Below, in pieces: positions 53,227-64,000 of a stretch of DNA of 64,000 bases. The stretch covers positions 45,470 to 109,469 of the forward strand of contig NIVC01003239.1 of assembly GCA_002269645.1 (NCBI GenBank), given 5' to 3'. The stretch comes from Macrostomum lignano. Taxonomy: Eukaryota. Position numbers and translations under genes: made by a program. Numbering within the stretch: position 1 is the stretch's first letter; each line of letters starts with the position of its first letter. Under the pieces are notes generated by a model. The model was not told the origin of the DNA. It searched no databases and saw nothing but the letters and a program-made list of their open reading frames with translations.

Positions 53227-56200
53227 ATGGCTGAAAAAGGCGACAATGATGATCTGGTCCCGGAGGACACTGGCTTCAAGCCGCCGGCGCCAAAGTCTCT
53301 GGACGAGATTCTCAACGCCGACAAGGACGATCCGTCCCTTGAGAATTATAAAAAGCAACTGCTCGGCAACACTGTGCCGCCTGTGTTTCCTGACAATCCT
53401 AGAAATGTGATTGTGCAGAAAATACAGATTGAATTCCTAGGCGAAAGCCGCGAGCCAGCCAACATCCAACTGATGGATGCGGATCTGTCAGTGCTTAAAA
53501 AGTCACCAATCGTGATCAAAGAAGGGGTAAATTATCGGGTGAAAGTGTTTTTCTATGTGCAACGTGAGATCGTGGCCGGTTTGCGGTACATCAACTGTTC
53601 GTACAAGATGGGCATACGAGGTGAGTTGCCCATAATGTTAGTGTGAATGCGAGTATCTAATCTAAGAAGATTCCTATCAATAAGCTGCCCCTAATCCCCC
53701 AGAAAAGTTGCCATTTGACTGCCACTAATCCTTCAGAAGTGTTGCTACTAGACTGCCACTTATCCTCCAGAAGAGTTCCCATTGGACTGGCACAAATCCT
53801 CAAGAATATTAGCCATTAGACTGGCACTAATACCCCATAAGAGTCGTCTATAGACTGGCACTAATACCCCATAAGAGTCGTCATTAGACTGGCACTAATA
53901 CCCCATAAGAGTCATCATTAGACTGGCACTAATACCCCATAAGAGTCGTCATTAGACTGGCACTAATACCCCATAAGAGTCGTCATTAGACTGGCACTAA
54001 TACCCCATAAGAGTCGTCATTAGACTGGCACTAATACCCCATAAGAGTCGTCATTAGACTGGCACTAATACCCCATAAGAGTCGTCATTAGACTGGCACT
54101 AATACCCCATAAGAGTCGTCATTAGACTGGCACTAATACCCCATAAGAGTCGTCATTAGACTGGCACTAATACCCCATAGAGTCGTCATTAGACTGGCAC
54201 TAATACCCCATAGAGTCGTCATTAGACTGGCACTAATACCCCATAAGAGTCGTCATTAGACTGGCACTAATACCCCATAAGAGTCGTCATTAGACTGGCA
54301 CTAATACCCCATAGAGTCGTCATTAGACTGGCACTAATACCCCATAGAGTCGTCATTAGACTGGCACTAATACCCCATAGAGTCGTCATTAGACTGGCAC
54401 TAATACCCCATAAGAGTCGTCATTAGACTGGCACTAATACCCCATAAGAGTCGTCATTAGACTGGCACTAATACCCCATAAGAGTCGTCATTAGACTGGC
54501 ACTAATACCCCATAAGAGTCGTCATTAGACTGGCACTAATACCCCATAGAGTCGTCATTAGACTGGCACTAATACCCCATAGAGTCGTCATTAGACTGGC
54601 ACTAATACCCCATAAGAGTCGTCATTAGACTGGCACTAATACCCCATAAGAGTCGTCATTAGACTGGCACTAATACCCCATAAGAGTCGTCATTAGACTG
54701 GCACTAATCCTCTAAAAGAGAGCCATTAGACTGGCACTAATCCTCTCAACGAGAGCCATTATACTGGCACTAATCCTCTAAAAGAGAGCCATTATACTGG
54801 CACTAATCCTCTAAAAGAGAGCCATTAGGCTGGCACTAATCCTCTAAAAGAGAGCCATTATACTGGCACTAATCCTCTAAAAGAGAGCCATTAGGCTGGC
54901 ACTAATACCCCATAAGAGTCGACATTAGACTGGCACTAATCCTCTCAAAGAGAGCCATTAGACTGGCACTAATCCTCTAAAAGAGAGCCATTATACTGGC
55001 ACTAATCATCTAAAAGAGAGCCATTAGGCTGGCACTAATCCTCTAAAAGAGAGCCATTAGACTGGCACTAATACCCCATAAGAGTCGTCATTAGACTGGC
55101 ACTAATACCCCATAAGAGTCGTCATTAGACTGGCACTAATACCCCATAAGAGTCGTCATTAGACTGGCACTAATACCCCATAAGAGTCGTCATTAGACTG
55201 GCATCCTCTCAAAGAGAGCCATTAGACTGGCATAGAAATTCTAAGCCATAGAAAAGTGCTTATTAAACGCAGCTGAAAGGAGAACGCAAAAAAGAAGTGT
55301 GTGCACAGAGTAGAAAATTTTGTATAATACTCGTAAAAAACCAACGTAACACTACAGCAATGCACATTTGGCATGACTCAAGTTCGTGTTCAGGTTGGCA
55401 ATATAGCAGAGTGTTAAGTGTGAAGCCTTAGTGTGAAGTGCTTGGGCTGTACAATGTGTAGAGTTATATGTAGTGTCCTGTGACCAGTTTAGATATTCTC
55501 TGAGCGTTTACGTGTATGGCAAATTTAGTAATCTGGCATATAATATAGCTTCAATGCGCAGTGTTTGCTTAGCAGCTGGCACAGTGGCATTATCTGTCCC
55601 AACTTTAATAGGCACAAATGAACAACTGCCGCGTCAAGTTGTATGCAATGCATTGACTTATTAAGTATGTTAACGTTTTAGTAAAGTACGTAGATTCTAA
55701 TAAATAGAGTCCCAGCCTTGACCAGCTAGCTAGCTCACTCACTGCTCAGCACCACAGCTACATAAACCCTAGATTAGTTCACCCTGGTTCCGATAGTTAT
55801 GCTTATTCCAAGGGCAGAAATAGAGGAGCTGTTTTTAGAACAATATTGCCAGAAACAAACTAAAAAAACATTTAGTAGATGATCAAATAAAGACAATAGA
55901 CAAAAAATTTAGAACAAACACAAAATTACCTATGAGTTAATGCAGAGTGACCTATCATTTAATATTGCTTTTGTCATGCTAAGTCAGCAAACAGACATTC
56001 AAAGTTGAAAGCCTACATAACAAACTCAGGTGGGGCCATAGACAACACACAAACTTGCAATTTAGCACTGACGTTAATCAACTCATTTACTGTGAAATAT
56101 AAACTGCAAGTTTATGTGCTGTCTATGGCCCAACCTGTGTTTGATCTGTAGGCTTTCAACTTTCGATGACCGTAGATGACCTTGACATGACAAATTTTGG

Positions 56201-56452
56201 ATGACCTGTGCTCGGCGCACCCCTAGCAATGACTCACTTAACTGTCCCTCAGTTGCCAAGGACGACCTGATGGTTGGCAGCTACCCCCCGAAGGCCGAGC
56301 CGCACGTGTACAGCAGCCCGGCACAAGAGGCTCCCAGCGGCATGATGGCCCGCGGCACTTACACTATAAAGTCGCGCTTTACCGACGATGACAGGAACGA
56401 CTTCTTGTCCTGGGAGTGGGCCATCAAGATCAAGGACTCGTGGAAGGACTGA
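53227..56452 (+). CDS. ARHGDI: Rho GDP-dissociation inhibitor
   Basis: Exons 53227-53620 and 56253-56452 (phase 1). Motifs FKPPAPKSLDEILNADKDDPSLENYKKQLLG, IKEGVNYRVK, EIVAGLRY, MVGSYPPK, EAPSGMMARGTY and WEWAIKIKDSW. Confidence 0.97.
53690..55222. repeat. 34-bp (33-bp variant) minisatellite in the RhoGDI intron
   Basis: Unit cattagactggcactaataccccataagagtcgt, about 45 copies, with degenerate flanks and a second variant at about 54710-55060. Confidence 0.96.
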
Positions 56453-56604
56453 TCAATTAAGCAACTCTCTTTAATTCTAATTAGACCGATTTGAGACATG
56501 GAAAATAAAAATTACCTTTTTTATCGTTCGCTTATCCCGTGAATCCACAGGCCCCTGGTTACCTGGAATGGAAACGGACCCGCGCATCACCCCAAGATCT
56601 TACC

Positions 56605-56920
56605 TCCCATCCCAGCTCCCCAATCCCGGCTCCCCAAATCCCAGCTCCCCAATCCCATTTCCCCAACCCCAGCTCCACAATCCCGGCTCTCCAAATCCCA
56701 GCTGCCCAACCCCAGCTCCCTAATCCCGGCTCCCAATCCCAGCTGCCCAACCCCAGCTGCCCAACCCCAGCTCTCCAATCCCGGCTCCACAATCCCGGCT
56801 CCCCAAATCCCAGCTGCCCAACCCCAGCTGCCCAACCCCAGCTCCCTAATCCCGGCTCCCCAAATCCCAGCTGCCCAACCCCAGCTCCCCAACCCCAGCT
56901 CCCCAAATCCCAGCTCCCTA
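56605..56920. repeat. Irregular C-rich repeat (cccagct / cccaat) 3' of RhoGDI
   Basis: Dense CCC runs on +, so GGG tracts on the minus strand. Confidence 0.85.
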
Positions 56921-57771
56921 TCTAAGGTGTTCTACTTGTTCTTCCCATCGCTTGCGTGTTGCCACTCATGGATAGGATTCTGTGGCAGGTGCGGGTCCTC
57001 TTCCAGTCCATGTAACCAGTAGTCCTTGGCCTCTATATATTTCATTGCCTGGATAGGCCACAATCGGTGCTTAGCCTTCATTGATTTATAACAATATATT
57101 CAAGCGATTTTTTATCTTGCTCTTCCAAAGCTGATGAGTCTATCCGGATATTATCGAAATGACATTAATTTCCATTAAATAATTAGTTAACCCGAGTTTT
57201 CTACACGTATTTTTATTTTTTATTTTATATCTATCGGTGTGCTATGTTTTAATTATCGAACATTCGATTTTTAATTGTTTGTTTTTAGTATATGTATTGA
57301 ACCAATACTCGCCTGATCAACCTGTTCGGACCCCCGCCTCCGCAGGCCCCTGTCTGACTAGAGAGACCTCCCATCCTTATACTCCAGCCAACCTACTGAC
57401 AGTAGTGTACCGGCATCAAACTATAACTGCGTAAAAATGTTATTCAAGTTTATGGGGACCGCTTTCTCCTCCTGGCCTCCAGCGCGGGGCCTTAACTCCG
57501 TTTATAATTGAGTGTTTTTTAATATGATAATTGGCCAAAAATCATTATCAATTGTTGCGTGCGCGAAATTTTACTGATCTGTGTGTGTGTTTTATTAATA
57601 ACAAAAATATATACTTAAATACAAGATAACGGTCTTGTAAGCGTTAGAACTTTTCTTAACAATAAAAAACACTAAGTTTGTCTGCTGGCTTATTAATTTA
57701 TCATCCTTGATCACTTATAATTTAGTGATATCTCATTGTTTCTCTCTTACTTTGCCTTTCAGCGCATCTAA

Positions 57772-59024
57772 ATGGGGAAATGGAAAGGTAAGCCGTTTCA
57801 TTCGTTTTTTGGGTAAATGTCACTCAGGGATCTTTTTCGCTACTAGGAGTCACATTAAAAGTACTTTTGCGTGTACTTTTCCAGACTGTTCTAGACTTGC
57901 CTGCGTGCCGGCCCTGTTCTGCATCTACACTGCCTACCTGTACACCCTCGCCACTGTCTACAGGCCAGCCATTGCTGAGAATCAGTTAAAAGGCAGCAAA
58001 AAGTGAGTTAGGCTGTTTTGTTCAGTTTTTTGCACTTCTTCAGATTTACTAAATAGTTTGTTTATTGGGGTTAACCAGTGTGCTTCCAGTGTGCTTCAGC
58101 CACTTCCCATCAGCTTCCAGTGTGCTGCAGCCACTTCCCATCAGCTTCCAGTGTGCTGCAGCCACTTCCTATCAGCTTCCAGTGTGCTGCAGCCACCCCA
58201 TCAGCTTCCAGTGTGCTGCAGCCACTTCCTATCAGCTTCCAGTGTGCTTCAGCCACTTCCCATCAGCTTCCAGTGTGCTTCAGCCACTTCCCATCAGCTT
58301 CCAGTGTGCTTCAGCCACTTCCCATCAGCTTCCAGTGTGCTGCAGCCACTTCCTATCAGCTTCCAGTGTGCTGCAGTCACTTCCCATCAGCTTCCAGTGT
58401 GCTGCAGCCACTTCCCATCAGCTTCCAGTGTGCTGCAGCCACTTCCCATCAGCTTCCAGTGTGCTGCAGCCACTTTCCATCAGCTTCCAGTGTGCTGCAG
58501 CCACTTCCCATCAGCTTCCAGTGTGCTTCAGCCACTTCCCATCAGCTTTCAGTGTGCTGCAGCCACTTCCCATCAGCTTCCAGTGTGCTGCAGCCACTTC
58601 CCATCAGCTTCCAGTGTGCTGCAGCCACTTCCCATCAGCTTCCAGTGTGCTGCAGCCACTTCCCATCAGCTTCCAGTGTGCAGCAGCCAGTGGACAGAGT
58701 GTACGCTATCACTGCCTGAGAAAGAGATAGTGATGCTCCACTGTACACACAGTACACTAGCTGGACTGAAAAGACGCAAGCATACACCTTCCTATCTCCT
58801 AGAGCCGCCTCAATTGCAGCCAGAGTTATCAGACTCAAAACTGGCTTCTCTATGCTCAAATTTGCAGTGCCGAAATGAGATTTCCAACCAGCCTGGCCGA
58901 TCTCAACCAGTTAGCCAGCTTATTGAAGGCATTCAAAGACGACCATCCCGGCTATGTGTTTGTGCTATTCTGCAGTGCCTACGTCTATAAACAGTGCTTC
59001 GCCATTCCTGGCTCCGTTTTTATG
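57772..59024 (+). CDS. TMEM41A: TMEM41A (VTT/DedA family) 5' exons; remainder not in window
   Basis: Phase-consistent exons 57772-57787, 57885-58002 and 58868-59024. MRFPTSLADLNQLASLLKAFKDDHPGYVFVLFCSAYVYKQCFAIPGSVFM matches my recollection of TMEM41A (FPSDLAEL...[21 protein letters not shown]). Confidence 0.85.
58078..58686. repeat. 31-bp minisatellite (TMEM41A intron 2)
   Basis: Unit cagccacttcccatcagcttccagtgtgctg, about 19 copies. Confidence 0.95.
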
Positions 59025-59212
59025 GTTAGAGCTGCTGCTGCAGTGCTCGCGTTACTGTGACTTCCCCTGCTTCTTAGTCCCAAATTTTCTAAGCTTGAAT
59101 CCCTCAGTCTGTCAATCTCGCTCATCAATTGTCGGTTTTCAACTTGTCTTCAATTTTTAAAAATCTTACTTAGATTCTCATCAATATTTTATTAAACCAC
59201 TAAATGTCGTCT

Positions 59213-59847
59213 AGATTCCCAACAATCTCACCCAGATTCCCAACAATCTCACCCAGATTCCCAACAATCTCACCCAGATTCCCAACAATCTCACCCAGAT
59301 TCCCAACAATCTCACCCAGATTCCCAACAATCTCACCCAGATTCCCAACAATCTCACCCAGATTCCCAACAATCTCATCCAGATTCCCAACAATCTCACC
59401 CAGATTCCCAACAATCTCACCCAGATTCCCAACAATCTCACCCAGATTCTCAACAATCTCACCCAGATTCCCAACAATCTCACCCAGATTCTCAACAATC
59501 TCACCCAGATTCCCAAAAATCTCAGCTAGATTCCGAACAAGCTCACCCAGATTCCCAACAAGCTCACCCAGATTCCCAAAAATCTCACCCAGATTCTCAA
59601 CAACCTCACCCAGATTCCCAAAAATCTCACCCAGATTCTCAACAACCTCACCCAGATTCCCAAAAATCTCACCCAGATTCCCACAAATCTCACCCAGATT
59701 CCCAAAAATCTCACCCAGATTCCCACAAATCTCACCCAGATTCTCAACAATCTCATCCAGATTCCCAACAATCTCACCCAGATTCCCAACAATCTCACCC
59801 AGATTCCCAACAATCTCACCCAGATTCTCAACAATCTCACCCAGATT
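59213..59847. repeat. 21-bp minisatellite (TMEM41A intron 3), cut off by the Polinton end
   Basis: Unit agattcccaacaatctcaccc, about 30 copies. The last unit stops at ...ccagatt, directly before AGTAGT. Confidence 0.95.
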
Positions 59848-60526
59848 AGTAGTATAGAAAAAGACGCTTCTAGACCCAGAGCACTTTTTTAATGACCGTT
59901 TTAAGGGTCTAGAGGGGGGACACGGGGGGTAAATAAAAAAACACATCTAAACACCCTTAACACATCTAATCACCCATAATCACCCCTGACAATAAAAATC
60001 ATTCCCAACACTTCCAAACACTCCCCAACACTCCCTCGCGTCCCCCCTCTTAAGACCTTACAAACGGTCATTAAAATAAGGTCTGATCTAGAAGCGTCTT
60101 TTTATATACTACTACTCTATAACCCCTTGCCCGCGCCGCAGGCGCGAAGGGTCACAAAAGAGTTTAAACTGAGTCATGGTAATAGTAACACTCAACAAAA
60201 AATTACTCTCATAGCCACTATTGGCTAGCTTGCAAAATCTTGCCGTAGCAGGAATTGAACGCCCACTCAGCCATCCAACTCTATAAAAACCACAGCCATC
60301 AACCCAGTTCTAGCTCATCTCTCAGGAAGAAGAAGACAGGCTCCGCGCGTCACAAGTAAAATGGGGTGCCCACCATCAATGAATAAGTTTTTAACAAATC
60401 GTCCAGAAAAATTCTGGACGTCCAGAAAAAAATGACTCAATGCAGTATATACACCATCTTGGGTTGAAAAATATTCTTTTGTGTGTTCTCGTATTCTTTT
60501 TTTCTGTTACTAAAAATAGAACAAAA

Positions 60527-60925
60527 ATGACACACGTTACACATGTGCAAAATATAAATGAGTATCAGGTAGGAGATCCAATTGAATACCGAGGTGAGGG
60601 ACTTTTTGATTTGGTTGGAACAGCAGCAAATTTTGTTAAAGACAATATGGGGCTTATAGGGCAAGCTGGCTCTGCAGCAGGCTCTATAACAAATGCTGTA
60701 AAAGGAGGAATTGAAGCAGCTAGAGCGGCAGAAGAACTAAAGAAATTGAGAGATTTTAACGACACCCTCTCACAAATAAATGCAATAAAAGATTTAAAGC
60801 TGGCACAAGCCGCACAACCAACAGAAACCCCCACGAAAACCACGCCAATAAGTAATAAAGATATTCAGGATTTTAATAAAATGTTAAATACTATTAAAGG
60901 TGGAAAAGGATTAAAGAAATTTTAA
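60527..60925 (+). CDS. Putative virion core/membrane-lytic precursor (pVI-like by analogy)
   Basis: 132 aa from the AAAAATG at 60527. YRGEG followed by the amphipathic-looking LFDLVGTAANFVKDN; C-terminal IKGGKGLKKF resembles adenain-type cleavage motifs. Confidence 0.55.
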   Translation: MTHVTHVQNINEYQVGDPIEYRGEGLFDLVGTAANFVKDNMGLIGQAGSAAGSITNAVKGGIEAARAAEELKKLRDFNDTLSQINAIKDLKLAQAAQPTETPTKTTPISNKDIQDFNKMLNTIKGGKGLKKF

Positions 60926-60935
60926 CAATATAAAA

Positions 60936-61929
60936 ATGGACTCAGTTAATGATGATGAAAACCGGTTATATTTTATAGGAGAAATTGTAGATACCTTAAA
61001 TCTTGATGATAATAAGCAAACCCACACAATGTTAAAAAGATTGGATCGATTAGGTAAAAAGTTTGACTACGACATCGATACATTTAAACTCGCAGCAAAA
61101 TATGCACAAGAAGGAAGGCCAATATCCTTTAAGAATCGCGGCAGAAATTATAGGTTGACAGACTCCGATGTGAAATTTTTAATGGAGACTCACACTAAAA
61201 AGGACGGCGGATTACTACCCATTCTACCGCTTCTTTTAGGACTTGGCGCAGCTGGAGCAGTCGGTTTAGCCGGAAAAAGAATTCATGATAATGTAAAACA
61301 GCTAGGAGAGTTAAGAGCGAAACAGGGGGGAATCTTGCCCCTTGCAGCTTTGCTCCCAATAATTTTTGCAGGAATTGGAGCAGCTGGAGGAGTTGCTGGC
61401 GGAGCAGCTGGAATTGCAAAAGCAGTAAATGACAAAAAAGCTGCGGACGAAAAAGCTAAAAGAGAGGCCGAATTTCAAAGACAGCAAATAACGCAGGACG
61501 CACAATTCAAACAGAAACTTATTGATACCATTAATAGTAGTTCAGCAACAGCAGAGCAAAAAAGAAATGCAGAAGCTAGGTTAGCAGCCGGAAAAGGTTT
61601 ACTCTTGCAAGGAACAAATCACGGAATGGTTTGGTACTAAAAGGAACAACCCAAGGAAGTGGAGTTGTCGCAGATAAACTACATGAATTTGGCCAAACTT
61701 TAGAAAAAACGGGTGAGAAAGCTAAAGGATTTTTGACAATATTGGATCCAATTTTAGGCCAGCAGTTCAGAAGATTTTTACTAAGTTAGGAAAAGATTTT
61801 AACATCATTGAAAAACACGACGGAAGCGGATTATATCTCGAAATGCGACCAAAAGCAGGTTCAGGAATTTTCTTAAATTCAAATGTTATGGGCAATGGAT
61901 TGCTATTACCAAAAGCAGATCTCGAATAG
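60936..61929 (+). CDS. Adenovirus pX-like core protein with GxGLxL repeats (two -1 frameshifts in this sequence)
   Basis: The ORF to 61640 has KDGGLLPILPLLLG and KQGGILPLAALLPIIFAGIGAAGGVAGGAAGIAKAVND. Shifts at about 61625 and 61732 continue into HGNGLVL, DGSGLYL, AGSGIFL and MGNGLLL, ending at a stop at 61929. Confidence 0.75.
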
Positions 61930-62009
61930 ACTCCGGGGGTGGGTCAAGACACCAAAAACGCAAATTAAAAATCAATAATTCAAACATTATATAAATTTTA
62001 TTCTATAAA

Positions 62010-64000
62010 ATGGAAGCAATTTTAGCTCAAATCGACAACCCTGAACTTAGAGCACAATTAATAGCTCAAATCGATGCACAACGAATTGCCGATAGGGCTG
62101 AAATAGAAGCAAGAATTAGGGCAGAAAATGAGATACGTTTAGAAAGACAATTAAATGATATTAATAACCCCAACCACAAGGACAAAATGGAGCTGAAGTA
62201 ATATATATAGATATAGATATAAATACAAATTATAAAGAATATTTTAAACAAATGAAAGATAAATTAAAGACTATATTAAACAATTATACTATAAGGCCAA
62301 ATAACAAACGACAGCCAATTAAGTATAAAATAGAAGTTGAAACAGAATTTAAAAAACCAAATATTCTTAATGCAAATTCAGAAATTGAAGTAATAAATAA
62401 CTTTTCACAAGAATCATATAAAACATTATTATCAATGGGAAATTACAACAATCAATTCGATCAAATAGAAGCTGAGTTTGATGAATGGATAGATAAGATG
62501 ACAGAAAACGGATCTGGGTTTATATTTGTATCTTGTAATTCAGCAATAGTAAAGATTGCACCTATAGAAATTCTTAAAGGACGATCACATATGAAGCTCA
62601 AATTTAAATCACCTATGATTATAAATCCAGACAATAAAGATAATAAATGTTTATTATGGTGTTTATTAATTCATAAATATCACAATCAAGTAGAATCACA
62701 CATTAATAAAATATATAATTATAGACAATATGAGGATGAAATAATAATGAAAAACATATCATACCCAGTAGCAATAGATGATATATATAAGATTGAAAAA
62801 ATGAATGGTTTAAATATTAATGTTTTTACAATTGAAGAACCAGAAGATCTAGAAGAAATTCAGCAGGTCGATCCAGAATGGTATAAGAAAAGGTGTTATC
62901 TTGTTAAGCCAGCAACTGATATAACAGCACCAGATCAAATCGATCTTTTGTACATGCAGCGCGAAAATGAAACACATTATATATACATAAAAGATATTAG
63001 TTCTTTTTTAAGAGAAAATAGAAATAGATATCCACTATGTAGAAATTGTTTTACATTTAAAAAGGATGAAACAGCTCTTAAAAACCACCAACGATTTTGT
63101 TTAGATCACAAATTTACTAATGCTATAATGCCAGCATCTTCAGATGCAACCCTAAAGTTCCAACAACATTATATGGCAGTTAAAAAACCAATAGTAATAT
63201 ATGCTGATTTTGAAGCAACAAATGTTCCTTAAAAGAATCACAGACGGCATCTGATGACGGTCATGCAAAGCATGCGACCCTACGGGACGGTGAATGCACA
63301 AAAAAATTAGCACAACAGTTTCCTAATAGTTATTGTTTATATGTACACTCGTAGCTGATCATATATTTAAATCAAGGATGATTACTTACCACGGTAATGA
63401 TGCAGCTAAGCACATGGCAGAATCATTAGTAAATGTATTTGAATATATTCAAAATCAATATGATAAATTATCAAAAAATATTAATATGACAAATAAGGAT
63501 AGAGACAATTATAAAAATGCAACAAATTGTTTTATGTGCAAAAGATATTTAAGTAAGAAAATAAGATACGAGAACATTGTCATCTAACGGGAAAATATCG
63601 AGGGGCAGCATGTAGATCATGTAATGCAAAAGAAGGAAAAGGATGTAAGGAAATACCAGTATTTTTTCATAATGGTTCCGGATATGATTTTCATTTCTTA
63701 GTTCGAGAATTGCTTCATTTAGGAAAGGATGAATATGAAATAAATATATTACCTAAAACATCAGAAAATTACATATCAATAACATATGGTAAGAAATACT
63801 CCCATCTAGTTTTTCTAGATTCCTTGAGATTCTTATCAACATCTTTAGCAAATGTTGTTTCATCATTAGTTCCAAAACCATGGATTTAGAAATAGTAAAG
63901 AAAAACTTTCCAATACTATTGAATCGTTTCAAAAAGGAAAAACTATCCGAGGAAGAACTAATGCTATTAACTCGTAAGGGCATCTACCCATATGAATATG
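62010..64000 (+). CDS. Protein-primed family-B DNA polymerase (N-terminal region, exonuclease, inserted EndoVII-like Zn module); five -1 frameshifts
   Basis: ENGSGF, NKDNKCLLWC, YPV..DDI.KIEK.N.LNINVF, THYIYIKD, IYADFE (ExoI), HCHLTGKYRGAACRSCN, PVFFHNGSGYDFHF (ExoII), FLDSLRFL and LLTRKGIYPYEY, read across shifts at about 62170, 63229, 63348, 63570 and 63875. Confidence 0.9.

Larger units (their letters stand above)
59848..64000 (+). mobile_element. Polinton/Maverick (adintovirus-like) endogenous DNA virus, left part
   Basis: AGTAGT terminus, AT-rich intronless ORFs with (T)ATAAAAATG-type starts, pX-like core protein and protein-primed family-B DNA polymerase. Runs off the window. Confidence 0.9.

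Noticed and set aside
56605-56920. Telomeric repeat
   Set aside because: Units are cccagct/cccaat variants, not tandem CCCTAA.
58058-59946. Repeat-derived ORFs (31-bp and 21-bp arrays)
   Set aside because: Intronic minisatellites of TMEM41A; no protein-family signal.

Overview
Eukaryotic (animal) genomic DNA with GC-rich exons, AT-rich intergenic DNA and GT-AG introns. The repeat-filled introns suggest a flatworm such as Macrostomum, but that is inference only. Eight spliced genes can be reconstructed: 3' exons of a PLC-beta-like gene, MsrA, an unnamed coiled-coil gene head-to-head with CCDC83 around an RFX X-box, ornithine decarboxylase antizyme, unkempt, RhoGDI, and the 5' exons of TMEM41A. 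Most introns hold their own unrelated tandem array. The window also has a higher-order satellite (1-3.4 kb), two decayed RTE/RTEX-like LINE copies, two tRNA-derived SINEs and several MITEs. Two features stand out. (1) The antizyme gene has a UUU-UGA +1 frameshift site followed by a predicted H-type pseudoknot. (2) From 59,848 to the window end lies a Polinton/Maverick (adintovirus-like) endogenous virus, apparently in a TMEM41A intron. It has a 269-bp AGTAGT...ACTACT fold-back left end, adenovirus pX/pVI-like core proteins and a protein-primed PolB. All seven reading-frame breaks I found in it are single missing bases, so the element may be intact in vivo. All coordinates were derived by hand; no searches were run.
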